The notes below the pieces were generated by a model that saw nothing but the letters and a program-made list of their open reading frames with translations, did not search any database and was not told the origin of the DNA. Source: Thelocarpon superellum (taxonomy: Eukaryota). From it: a stretch of DNA of 39,434 nt. The position numbers were made by a program, and so were the translations under genes. Below are positions 20,482 through 32,301 of the stretch, piece by piece. How positions within the stretch are numbered: the stretch's first letter is position 1; every line of letters begins with the position of its first letter. Location of the stretch: the NCBI GenBank assembly GCA_026025795.1, contig JAPEUG010000130.1, positions 1 through 39,434 on the forward strand, given 5' to 3'.

Positions 20482-21712
20482 ATGGCGCCGCGCCTCAACA
20501 TCCCGCCCCTGACCCGCTCTCTGCTCATCCTCTTAGTTGTGCTGTCCGTCCTGCGATGGCTGGTCATCTACACCGTCTTCTGGGATAACGTGCGGCACAC
20601 GGGCGCATTTGGCCAGCATCCGCCCCTTCCCTTCCTCGAGCTCGTCCCGCGCGCCTCAGTCCTCTACCCGTGGGTCTTCGTGACAGCCACGGTGGTCGAG
20701 GACAACGTCTTCACGCTGCTCATCACCGGCGCCACCATCTTCTACGGCGGCAAGTACCTCGAGCGGGCCTGGAGCTCGACCGAGTTCGCCAAGTTCCTCC
20801 TCTTGGTCTCGCTGGTGCCCAATCTCATCAGCTTCCTCCTCTTCGTGCTGTTTGGCCCCCGCGCCAGCGGCGCCTCGTATGTCCCGCTTCGCTCCGATGC
20901 CCGGGCGCAATGCAGCTGACGATCGATAGCACCGTCCGCATCTATGGTGGCACCGCTCTGCAGGCCGGCTTCCTCGTCGCCTTCAAGCAGCTCGTGCCTG
21001 AGCATACCGTGACGATTGCGCGAGGGCTCGTCAAGATGCGGGTCAAGGTACGTCGCATCCTTGCGCGAAGAGCGCGCCGCGCCTACGATGCTGAAGCACC
21101 TAGCACTTCCCTGCCGTCTTCCTCCTGTTCAGTCTGGTTATGGGCGCCTTGCTCCAAAGCCTGGTGATCGCGCCCCTCGCCATCCTGGGCTTCCTTTCGT
21201 CGTGGACGTATCTGCGATTCTACAAACCCTCCTTCGCCGACCTTTCGACGTCGCAATCGGCGTCATTACGCGGCGACGCGTCGGAGACCTTCGCCTTTGC
21301 CTCGTTCTTCCCCGAGCCACTCCAGCCTGCGGTCGCGACGGTGGCGGAGGTCGTCTTTGGCTTCCTCGTCAGCATCCGTGTCTGCACTCCCTTCTCCGCA
21401 CTCGACATTGATGTCAGCAACTCGAACGCGCATGCGCGAGGGGAGGGAGGACTGTCAAGCCTGCTCGGCCGAGGCAACAATGGCGGCCCGGCTCCCGGCA
21501 GCGCGCGTGCAGAGGCGGAACGACGGAGGGCCTTGGCGCTGAAGGCCTTGGACCAGCGGCTACATGCAGCCACTGCGCGTGCACAGCCGTCCGGCCCGGT
21601 GCTCATATCGAATGACGCCTCGGGCGCGGGCGAGGCTAGCAACACGGGCGAGGCTAGCAACACGGGCGAGGCGTCAGCGGGGGAACAAGCCAGTCATGAA
21701 GGCCGTGTTTGA
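20482..21712 (+). CDS. TMEM115/DUF1751 rhomboid-like integral membrane protein; introns 20877-20929 and 21048-21102
   Basis: YPWVFVTATVVEDN, GGKYLERAWSSTEFAKF, FLVAFKQLVPEHTV, SWTYLRFYK, GDASETFAFASFFPEP, AEAERRRALALKALDQRL. Confidence 0.9.
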
Positions 21713-22280
21713 TTCGCGTGCTGCGGACGACCAGGGAGCAAGAGGAAGAAGAACAGGAGGAGGTAGCAGATGGAGGTGAGGATACCATGGCGTGCTTATA
21801 TGGGCGGGCGTTGGGTTTCATGGCACGGCCCGATATCCCCTCTGTCGTCTCTTTGGGCGCGGCACCTGATCCACCACTCGACCACGGCCACGACTACGAC
21901 CACGGCCGCGGCCGCGGCTGTGGCCGAAATGGCAAGTGACGCAGGCAGCCGAATGTGAGATTAAGCCAGATGCTGTACCACGTAGTTTCACCTTGGAGTC
22001 CTAGATACCATCCGAGAGATTGAAGTGAATGTGAGGGGAGGATGTGTGAATGGGGCGGCCCCGGCGTCTTGGCGCCAGTGGGACGCAGGCCGATCGACAG
22101 CCTAATCGGTTGGGTTGATAAGGGCAATGTCGCCAAAGACAATTCTCCAACTTTCTCGTTCCCGTGCTTGAACCAAAATCTCGCCCACGATGCATTTCCA
22201 TCGATGTGCGTCCGCGTGCCCCACGCACTTGGGGTTGACGAAGTGAGCCTGAGCCAATGCTCGCGTCCGTCCTGTGCATC

Positions 22281-25200
22281 ATGGACGCCTCCTTGACGGA
22301 GAAACTGGACAAGATCCGGTCGCCCAAATTGCAAAATCAGCACCAGGTACTTTCACTCGGTTGTGCAGCTCCCCCACCGCCCCACTCCATTGACACTTCC
22401 GCAGACCGCCATCGTCCTGTCAGCGGTCGAAGACACCCTACGCGACCAAAAGACCGAATTCACCCCGACCGCCTACTTTGCCGCCATCTTAGCCCTGCTG
22501 AGCCAATCCATTTCCTCCACTACCGGCTTGGTCAACAAGGAGCTGGCCACCTCGGTCGTCTACTTGCTGGACCTGGTGACGCCCTTCACCCCCCAGCCCT
22601 TGTTGCGTGCCAAATTCTCGCAAATCCTCGTCCATCTGGCACCCGCTCTGACCCTACGCGAGGCTGAGGCGCCCCTGCTTCGCTCCGCAATCGGATGCCT
22701 CGAGGCCCTCTTGGTCGCCCAGGATGGGCCTGCCTGGGCCGTACCAGCCTCGGACGTCGGTCCACGTCGCGCTGTCTCCGGACTGCTCACGTTGGCCGTC
22801 GATCATCGACCCAAGGTGCGAAAGCGGGCCCAAGACGCTCTCGTCACCGTCCTGAACCGCCCTCCCCCGAGTCCCTCCGTCGACCATCCCGCCGCGGACA
22901 TGTGTGCCGAGACCTCGCTCCGAAGTCTGTCCGACCTGGCCACGGCCAAAGCCAAGAACAGGAAGCGACGGACCGATGGCCAAGATCATCACGAGCCGGG
23001 CCTGATGCACGCCTTGCAGCTGGTCAAGACCATCGCTGCCACGGCCCGCGGCTGGCCCAGCCGACGCATTGAGCCGCTGGGCGAGGTCTTGCTGAACATC
23101 TCCAAGTCCAGCCACGAGTATCTGACCATGGCCGCCTTCGAGGTCTTTGAGATGGTCTTCAAGGGCATGGCGGACGAGATCTCCTCGGCCAAATTGCCCC
23201 GCCTCATGGAAGTCATCCTGGACCTGCGGCCCGCCCAGAATGACTCCCAGCTGCTACCGCCATGGATCGCCGTCATCGCGAGGGGATACGATGTGATGGC
23301 CCAAGTCAGCCCCGACGAGACGTGGGATAAGCTGCCGGAGCTCTTCGATCTGATTCGGTCCTTTCTCGCCTCGTCATCCCACAACATCCGCATCTCCGCA
23401 TCCGAAGGTCTCATCTCCCTTGTGGCCACGTGCGTTCCTGACCACGTCATCGTCACGCCCTCGATCTATGACGAGAAGACGCTTGAGAAGCTGGCCCGCT
23501 CCGCCACCGACTTGCTCAGTGTCAAATACCAAGCGGCGTGGCCCGAGGTCTTCAATGTGCTGGGCTTCATGTTCGAGACCTGGAAATGGCGTAGCGATCC
23601 ATACCTCACCACCGTGGTCAAGACCGTCGGAGAGCTACGAGCAAGTGATGTATTCACGGGCAAGAAAGAGGCAGACGAGGTCATCGGCGCCGCTGTCACC
23701 GCCATGGGACCGCAGCTCGTGCTGAACATCTTGCCACTGAATCTGGCCCGGCCCCAGGCCGGCGAGCCAGGACGGGCCTGGCTATTGCCAATCCTCCGTG
23801 ACCATATTTCTCAGACCTACCTCACCCACTTCCGCTCTGAGTTCGTGCCCCTGAGCGAGATCATGTTCCAACGAGTCATCGACCACGGCAACGCCGAGAG
23901 GACCGTGGAGATCAAGATATTTGAGACCTTGGTCCAGCAGATCTGGTCCTTGCTACCGGGATATTGTGACCTGCCATTGGACCTGACGGAGGTACATCAT
24001 TGCTCTTTGGTTCAAGATGGCCCCGGCTGACCGTGCGAGAAAGGCGTTCGACCAAAGCTTTGCCGAGTTGGTCTCGAATATCCTCTACCAGCAGGTCGAT
24101 CTTCGCGCCGAGGTCTGCCGCGCCTTGCAGACGCTGGTGGACACGAACACGGCGGTGCTCTCGGAGGATCATGTCAGCGGTGAGGTAACGCTGCGGCGGG
24201 TGTCCAAGGACCAAGCACAGAAGAACATCAATCATTTGGCCACCGTTGCCGGGAATCTCCTGGCAGTGTTGTTCAACGTGTACAGCCAGACGCTACCACA
24301 GTCTCGGGGGTACATCTTAAGATGCATCAATGCCTATCTAAGCATCACTCCCGCATCGGTACGACTGGAATGCCTTTGGACGAGCGAAGTACTGACGTAG
24401 TCTAGGAGCTGATGACGACGTTTGCCAAAGTCATTGAAATGCTAGAGACTTCGTTGCAAGATGGTCCACCGCAGACGCAAGCGGACAAGCAGCGACAGCC
24501 AAAGTCGAAGGATGAGATGCCTCCGGCGAGCCATACCTTCATGGACCTGATCATCACCATGGCCATCTATCTTCCGCGTGATAGCTATGTGACCTTGTTC
24601 AACATGGCGGCCGTGATCATCCTCCGTGAAGACGACCCACAATTGCAAAAGAAAGCCTACAAGCTGATTCCGCGACTGGCCGAGTCGGAATCAGGAAGGA
24701 CGGCGCTTCGAGAGCGGAACGTGGAACTGCAAGGTCTCTTATTGACGAGCGCAGAGAAGACGTCGTCCGCGGCACGCCGAGACCGACTGATGGCCGTCAC
24801 TCAAATCGTTGACTTTCTTCCATCCTCCGACCTCCACTTTATCCCGTCCGTCTTGTCCGAAGTCGTCATCTCGGCCAAAGAAGTGAACGAGAAGGCCCGC
24901 ACGGCGGCATTTGACTTGTTGGTGCTCATGGGCCGGAAGATGCAACAAGGAGGGACGGTGGTGAACTCCAAGGTCGGCCATATGCCCGACGACGCGCCCG
25001 ACGTTGAAGCGTCGTTAGAAGAGTACATGACGATGGTCTCGGCCGGCTTGGCCGGGTCAACCCCACACATGATCAGCGCGTCCATCACAGCACTGACCCG
25101 GATTCTTTATCACTTTCGGGGTCAGTTGTCACGCTCCTGGTACGAGAGTACGATGCTGATATGAGTATATACAGAGTCGCTCTCCTCCACTCTACTCACT

Positions 25201-26376
25201 GACCTCGTATCCACGCTCGACCTCTTCCTCACCTCGAACAACCGCGAGATTGTGAGGAGTGTCTTGGGATTCGTCAAGGTGTGCGTGATCTCGCTGCCGA
25301 CGAACCTCATGCTCCCACGACTGTCCTCGCTCGTGCCGAACCTCATGATCTGGAGCCACGAACACAAGGCACATTTCAAAGCCAAGGTGAAGCACATCAT
25401 TGAGCGGATGATCCGTCGTTTCGGAGTGGATGTGGTAGAGCGCGCGTGTCCAGAGGCAGATCACAAGCTCATCACCAACATCCGCAAGGCCAAGGAACGG
25501 AGCAAGCGCAAGAAGAAGAGTGAGGGCGAGGGCGAGGGGAATGTGGAGGCCGACGACGATGACGAGGACCACGTGCGCGGGAAGAAGAATCGATTTGAGA
25601 GCGAGTTCGACGAGGCCGTGTACGGCAGCGACGACAGCGGCGAAGAATCTGAGGCCGACGACGGCGAAGAGCCTTACCTCTCGAGCCGGCGGAAGAAGGG
25701 AAATGAGCGAGACAAGACGTACATCGTGGAAGACGAAGACGAGCCGCTGGACCTCCTGGACCGACGCACGCTCGCGAGCATCTCATCGACGAAGCCTACT
25801 CATAAACGAACCCCTCGACCTTTTACGAAAACCAACGTCGACCAAGACGGGAAACTGATCCTAGGCAAGGCGAGGACGAAGACGATGACGACACACGACA
25901 AGATGGTTGTGGATGGATCCAGCGTCGTCACGACAGGCGCGAATGGAGACAAGAACCCCGGTGCCGTTGAAAGTGGTAGCGGCGTGAATGCCTACCTGGA
26001 AGCGCTAAAGGGGAAAGACGCAGTACAACGCGGCCAACGCGGCCGGCTGAAGTACAGCAACGCGGGCCACAAGCAAGGCGGAGTCGATGAGGACGATGGT
26101 GGTGAGGGTGACGAGGACATGATGATGGACGTTGACGCGACCGAGTCAGGGAGGATGGGGACAAAGAGCGGAGGGGGAGGTGGGGGTAGAGGTGGAAGCG
26201 GGTTCAAGAGCCAGCGACGGGGATTAGGCGTCGACAAGGCCCACGCAAGTAGAGGAAGCGAGAGCGGCCGTGGTGGACGGGTCGGCAAGAGCTTCCCTCG
26301 TGGCGGTCGCGGCGGTCGCGGCGGCGGCGGTGGTAGAAATGGTGGCAGAGGACGAGGGGGACGAGGACGGAGATAG
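22281..26376 (+). CDS. RRP12: Ribosomal RNA-processing protein Rrp12 (NUC173/HEAT repeats); 4 introns
   Basis: MDASLTEKLDKIRSPKLQNQHQ, TPTAYFA, DHRPKVRKRAQ, GRAWLLPILRD, QIWSLLPGYCDLPLDL, MVSAGLAG.TPHMISA, DEPLDLLD; RGG tail. Introns 22347-22404, 23992-24043, 24359-24406, 25121-25173. Confidence 0.95.
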
Positions 26377-26491
26377 ATTCATGGTCACTCCTATTCCTTG
26401 CTCCTCGCCGATGGATCAATCACTCATACAGGTGGAAGAAGATGCTCATGACCAGGGTATCTACTCTACACTTTCCCACCCCCCATCGCAT

Positions 26492-26526
26492 CGACCCGAC
26501 CCGACCCGACCCGACCCGGCCCGACC
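26492..26526. repeat. Pentamer microsatellite (CGACC)5-CGGCC-CGACC abutting the SEC6 stop codon
   Basis: Read directly from the sequence. Confidence 0.9.
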
Positions 26527-28788
26527 CTATTTGACCTTACTCATGATGGTCTCGGGCCCACGAGCAACATTAACATTCGCCGCTCTCGCCTTGACGGCAT
26601 TGAGCAGGGCGCGATCGAAGTCATCTCTGGCGCGCAGGACGGACTCGACCCAACCCATCTGAACGTCCCAGTACTCGGTCTTCAGCGTGGCGTAGACGTC
26701 GGGCACGGCGGCCTTTTCCGAGGCCACCAGGCGCCCGAACCAGTCGACCACGCGCCACTTCTGCTTGATGGTGCCGAAATCCGGGAAGCGCTCGAAGAAG
26801 CCAAAGGCGGTGATGACGTCGTCGCGCAGCTTGGCCTCGAAGGGGTCGGCGCGCCGGAACTTGGCCCCGCGGTTGTGCGTCGCGGACAGGTAGCGGATCA
26901 GCAGCGTGTCGGCCAGCTCTTCGACGAAGATGTCCAGCATGCTGTGGTGCAGCACCTCGGTGTAGTCGCCAATGTAGTCCTCGAAGGTCGACACGATCCG
27001 TTGCATGCTCGTTTCCGAGTACCATTTGCTGGTGAAGAAGTCGGCGATGGTGGAGCGGAAGTCCACGTTGAAGATGAGAGAGGCGAACATGGTGATGCAG
27101 TGCGTGCCCAGGTCGACGTAGCCGTCGCGCAGGCTGTCGACTTCGCTGCTGGATTGGCTGAGGTAGGCCGGGGACACGAGCGGCTCGTAGTCCCGCATGA
27201 AGCGTGTGAGGTACCCCAGTTGTCCGGACTCTTCGTTGTCGTCGATGCAGGCAATCTGGTCGTTGGCGACCGCCGCCAGCCAGTCCTGGAGCGTCTGGTA
27301 GCCTTCTTGTGGCTCGCCGGTGGAGGTGGCGGAGGCTTTGGCGAACTTGCCGCACTCGTCGTCCACCATCTTCTGCCACGTCGCCTGCCGCGTCTTGAGC
27401 ACGCGGAACATGGCGTCGATGACGCCCTCGGTCACGTCGGTGCGGCTCGAGGTCCCCGCCGCCATCGTCTGTTCTCGGAGCATGCGCCACGTGTCGACCA
27501 GGTTGCGCGAGTGGAAGTAGCCGTGCTCGTCCCGGTCCAGCGTGTCCGGGCTGCGCTCGGTGAAGTCTTTCCGGTCGGCGCGGAAGATGCGCGACATCCA
27601 CTCGTCGAGGTACTTGATGATGAGCTGTCGCCACTCGCGCACCAGCTCCGCTTCCCGGTCGTCGATCAGCTGGGGCTGCAGCTGGTCCTCCTGGAAGCCC
27701 AGCTTCGCCATCTTGCTGTAGTACTTCTCGCCCCAGTGGATGATGGCCAGCACGATGGTCGGCGGGAGCTCGGGGTCGTCGATCAACTTGACGAGGTTGT
27801 CGTGCATCAGCCGATGGTAGATGTCGCCGTACGTCTTCAGGATGCGCCACTTCTTCGGCATCAGCGTGATCATGCCCAGCTTGACCGTGTTCAGCTCGTT
27901 GAAGAACCAGCGCATGCTCTTCTCCAGCTTATCGGGGTCTTCGAGGAACTGCTGGATCGCGGCGTCGAATTGCTCCTGCGCGTGCAGCTTGATGCTCTCG
28001 AGGAACTTCTCCTTGTAGCCCCGCAGCTCCTTGGGTCCCGTGGTGATGGACTTGAACCGCGCCGCCAGATCCTTGTAGTCCTTCTGCGCCTCCAGCAGCG
28101 CCTCGACCTTCTTGTCGTTCCGTTCCTCCTCCTCGATGATGACGGCCAGTCGCACGACCAGCCCGTGGTTGCCATTCTGCACCACGTTGATCAGGTTCAG
28201 GCAGATCATGCCGACGTGCTCGTCGAACCAGTTGATCGTGTCGTCGAGCCGGGTGAAGTAGTCCTCCAACGTGCCCTTGAGCGACGAGTCGGCCGCCTGG
28301 GTGATCTGGTCGATGGCGTCGTCGCGGATGTTGCGGAGTTGGGAGAGTTCGTAGTGGATGGGGATCATGTTGGGCATGTCCTCGACGTTGCCGTCGTCTT
28401 CGCGCAGCAGCTGCTCCACCGCCGAGAGCCGGTCGTTGAAGGTGTCGAGGTTCGTCTTCATCGTCTCGACCTGGGAGAAGTTCCGATGGGTCTGGGAGAC
28501 CAGATTGATGTTGGGAAAGTCGCGGATCATGCTCTGGGCCTCGGCGCACAGTCGATCGATCTTCATCATCTCCTCCTTGATCAATTCCACCGTGCGCTGC
28601 CCGTCCGAGATGGAGTTCATGCCGGCGTGGGTGAGCTCCAGCTGCTCCTTCAGCCCGAGCTTGAGCTGTCCGTCCACCGCCGCCTTGCGCCGGGTGAAGT
28701 CCGACTTGAGCGCCGGGATCTTCTCGAGGTCTTCCGGGTGTCGCAGCACCTCGGCGAGCTGGACGGGGACGCCATCGGCATCGGACAT
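26527..28788 (-). CDS. SEC6: Exocyst complex component Sec6 (intronless)
   Basis: Likely ATG at 28788 (MSDADGVPVQLAEVLRHPEDLEKIPALKSDFTRRKAAVDGQLK), RGYKEKF, AVANDQIAC, C-terminal GPETIMSKVK; strong GC3 bias. Confidence 0.93.
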   Translation of the reverse strand: MSDADGVPVQLAEVLRHPEDLEKIPALKSDFTRRKAAVDGQLKLGLKEQLELTHAGMNSISDGQRTVELIKEEMMKIDRLCAEAQSMIRDFPNINLVSQTHRNFSQVETMKTNLDTFNDRLSAVEQLLREDDGNVEDMPNMIPIHYELSQLRNIRDDAIDQITQAADSSLKGTLEDYFTRLDDTINWFDEHVGMICLNLINVVQNGNHGLVVRLAVIIEEEERNDKKVEALLEAQKDYKDLAARFKSITTGPKELRGYKEKFLESIKLHAQEQFDAAIQQFLEDPDKLEKSMRWFFNELNTVKLGMITLMPKKWRILKTYGDIYHRLMHDNLVKLIDDPELPPTIVLAIIHWGEKYYSKMAKLGFQEDQLQPQLIDDREAELVREWRQLIIKYLDEWMSRIFRADRKDFTERSPDTLDRDEHGYFHSRNLVDTWRMLREQTMAAGTSSRTDVTEGVIDAMFRVLKTRQATWQKMVDDECGKFAKASATSTGEPQEGYQTLQDWLAAVANDQIACIDDNEESGQLGYLTRFMRDYEPLVSPAYLSQSSSEVDSLRDGYVDLGTHCITMFASLIFNVDFRSTIADFFTSKWYSETSMQRIVSTFEDYIGDYTEVLHHSMLDIFVEELADTLLIRYLSATHNRGAKFRRADPFEAKLRDDVITAFGFFERFPDFGTIKQKWRVVDWFGRLVASEKAAVPDVYATLKTEYWDVQMGWVESVLRARDDFDRALLNAVKARAANVNVARGPETIMSKVK

Positions 28789-29099
28789 GGTGGTCGCCGT
28801 CGGCCACAAGGGCCGGTTATGGTGTCGTTGCACGGGGGACGAGGGGGTGCTCCACGTCGTATCGATTGGTATCGGCCAACTTGACGATCTTCTCGTTTGG
28901 CGACTGCCACATCGATTTGGCGAGAAATCGGTCAATGAGAGGAAGAACTTTCCGCTCCTCACTCCCCAATCTCCATCGGGACGTCCTGCACGAGAGGCAG
29001 TTCTCCTGGCGGTCGCCGCCTCAAACAGAGCGTCTCTCCACAGCCGCAGACTGACGGCCCCTCTCCTCCTGACCTAGTCTCTCCCCCGCCCTCCTCCAC

Positions 29100-29360
29100 A
29101 TGGCCTTCTTCCGCGTCACCCTTGTCCGATCGGCCATCGGCCTTCCCGCCCGCACGCAAGGCGTCCTACGAGCTCTTGGACTACGGAAGCGCATGCGGAC
29201 TGTCTACCACCCGGTCTCGACCGATGTTGCCGGTCAGATCATGAAGGTCAAAGAATTGATCTCGGTGCAGGAGGTGGAACAACCGTTGACCAAGGCGGAA
29301 ATGCGGGAACGGAGGAGACCCGACCCTGGATACTACGTGGAAACGGCCATGCCTCGATGA
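29100..29360 (+). CDS. MRPL33: Mitochondrial large-subunit ribosomal protein uL30m (yeast MrpL33)
   Basis: 86 aa: [46 protein letters not shown]. Confidence 0.92.
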   Translation: MAFFRVTLVRSAIGLPARTQGVLRALGLRKRMRTVYHPVSTDVAGQIMKVKELISVQEVEQPLTKAEMRERRRPDPGYYVETAMPR

Positions 29361-30008
29361 GCAGGTAGGGTCCAACGACAATGCCTACAGAGAGAGCTCC
29401 ATGCCTGACACGGATCATGGTGCAGGGCCACATCGATTGACAAGGAAAAGCCCGGGGAGTAGGGACACCAGACTGCTGGCGGAAATATCACGGGTGATCA
29501 GGCTTAGACGCATAGACAGGCTTCTTGTACCGTTAGTGTGGATGAATGGCGCAACCATGAAAAGGAGATGACCCTCTTCGTTGACGAAAATGTCGGCGTT
29601 CCATGTGCTGCGTCCTGTACGTAGAGGGGCGCACAGGCAGTCACGACTCATCACAGTTGCGTTCGTTGCACATAGGCGAGCCAGATAGAGTATGACATGC
29701 CAAATCGTCATGCGTACCGTACTACAAGAGACGATCGATGTCTAGGGCTATGTCTGCCAGATGGTGATTAGGTGATTAACAAGTGGTCCCCATGCCTCAT
29801 CTAGAGCTTTCAATCTAGCTCGCGGAGCCGGTGACGTCGATACAAACGTCGGCCGTCGCTTTAGCCTTCACCGGACGAGCAGCTGATTCACATGCACTCT
29901 ATCACCCCACGTCTCGGTCGAGGTCAAGCTCGAGATCGAACACAGCCTCCTCGTGCTATCCAGCCTCCAGCCATGTCCTAATCACCCAAGATTGTACCTC
30001 GACCCAGG

Positions 30009-31862
30009 ATGGCTTCCCTCCGCCCGCCGATGACTCTGCCAAGTAGCTTCTCCACTCAGGTGGCGGGCCGCAAGAGTCAGCTCCTCGCACTGAATATCGA
30101 ACTGTAAGTTGAGCAGGCACTATCCGAACCCCCTGCTCACCAGATTTCAGCCTCCGCAACGTCGTCTTCTTTCTCTTCCTCTTCCGCTGGTCTCGAAAAG
30201 TGCTGCGTAAGCTCCGAGGTCGAGGCATCATCGGCACGGTCATCGACGCTTACCTCGCCACCCGCCGTACGCTCTACGGGTTGTTCCTTCGGGCACCCGG
30301 GGTGCGAAGTCAAGTTCAGAAACAGGTGTCAGAGGCCGTCACCAACCTCGAGCGAAAGTTGGTGCCGCAAGGTCCGGGCACAACCAGATATTTGACCCTG
30401 CCAAAGGAAGGATGGAGCGAGGGCCAGGTTCGCTTGGAACTGGACACCTTGGAAAAGATGACGCATACCATGTGGGAGGACGGATATGTTAGTGGAGCTG
30501 TCTATCATGGGGGAAAAGATCTGGTTAGGCTCCAAACCGAGGCCTATGGGAAGTTCACCGTAGCCAACCCCATCCACCCCGACGTCTTTCCGGGGGTACG
30601 GAAGATGGAGGCCGAGGTGGTTGCCATGGTATGCGTCTGCGCCAAAATATCGGGACCCGACTGACCCCACTCATCCCAGGTTCTCGCCATGTTCAATGCA
30701 CCGGCCGGTGGAGCGGGAGTCAGCACCAGTGGCGGGACGGAGTCAATCCTGATGGCCTGCTTCAGTGCGCGGCAAAAGGCCTATCACGAGCGGGGCGTGA
30801 CGGAGCCAGAGATGTGGGTGTCCCTGAGCACTGCCGATTATTGATCATGCTGATGCCGAATGCCCTAGCGTCGTGCCCGAGACGGCCCACGCCGCCTTTC
30901 GAAAGGCGTGCGCCTACTTCAAAATCCATCTACACCTGGTGGCATGTCCCGCGCCCGAATACAAAGTATCTATCCCGGCCGTAAGCCGACTGATCAACGC
31001 GAACACGATTCTCCTCGTCGGCTCGGCGCCCAACTTCCCTCACGGCATCATGGATGACATGTCCGCACTCTCGCGACTGGCCGTACGGAAGAAGCTCCCC
31101 CTGCACGTCGACTGCTGCCTCGGATCCTTCCTGCTACCCTTCCTCGAAAAAGCCGGCTTCGAGAGCGAGCCGTTCGACTTCCGCCTGCGCGGTATCACCA
31201 GTCTCAGCTGCGATACACACAAGTACGGCTTCGCGCCCAAGGGCAACTCCGTGCTACTGTACCGCACGAAAGAACTCCGCACCTACCAATACTTCATCTC
31301 GCCCGACTGGTCCGGCGGCGTGTACGCCTCGGTCGGCCTCGCGGGCTCCCGACCGGGCGCGCTCATCGCCGGGTGCTGGGCCAGTCTGATGTCGCAAGGC
31401 GAGAGCGGCTACATCTCCGCGTGCCACAGCATTGTCGGGTGCGCCAAGAACCTGGAGGCCGCGATCCGGGACACGCCGTGCTTGTCGTCGGACCTGAGCA
31501 TCATCGGACACCCGCTCGTGTCCACGTTTGCCTTCACCTCGTCCACGCTCAACATCTACGACGTCGCGGACGCCATGAGCGCCAAGGGCTGGCATCTCAA
31601 CGCTCTACAATCGCCCCCGGCCATCCACGTCGCCGTGACGCTCCCCATGGTCGCCGTCGCCGAGACGCTCATCGCCGACCTGATCGCCGTCGTCGAAGCC
31701 GAGCGCGAGAAGGAGCGCGTCCGCCTGGTGGAGGGAAAGGGGAAGAAGGGCTCCGCCAAGGGCGATACCGCCGCGCTCTACGGCGTCGCCGGCAGTCTGC
31801 CCAACAAGAGCGTCGTCGTCGATCTGGCCGCCGGCTTCCTCGACACGCTGTACAAGGCGTAG
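30009..31862 (+). CDS. DPL1: Sphinganine/sphingosine-1-phosphate lyase (PLP-dependent); 3 introns
   Basis: VSGAVYHGG, NPIHPDVFPGVRKMEAEVVAM, TSGGTESILMAC, HVDCCLGSF, SCDTHKYGFAPKG (PLP lysine), GSRPGALIAGCWA. Introns 30104-30150, 30629-30679, 30813-30868. Confidence 0.95.
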
Positions 31863-32301
31863 TATCCGGCGCTGATGGTGGTAGTGACAGCAGTAGGGGT
31901 AGTGGTAGGAGCACGCAGCAGTAGGTCGAAGAGAACTGTTCTAAAGTGGCCAGCTGTTCTCCTAGACATGAATGGACCAAGATGCGATCAGCTCTATTTG
32001 ACCTGACCTAGTAACACGCTGTCCAGACCCACGGAAACGCGACACGACACGACGCGTGGATAGATGAGAGATGTAATCGGCAGTTGGACGTGAGATGGAC
32101 GGACGAGAGATGAAACGGGGAGAGAAGGAGAACAAGATCAAGCGAGGACGGAATCAATCAATCGATCAATCGATCACATCATAACACCTGCCCAATAACC
32201 CCCCACGTCTAGCTTACACACGCACCCACATACAGCGCGACTGATGATCGACTGACCAGCCAGAATCATGCCCCTATACTACTGTAGGCAAGCGCCAAAG
32301 G

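Noticed and set aside
26875..28884. 669-aa plus-strand ORF and other long overlapping ORFs over SEC6
   Set aside because: Antisense or frame shadows caused by strong GC3 codon bias; no recognisable motifs.
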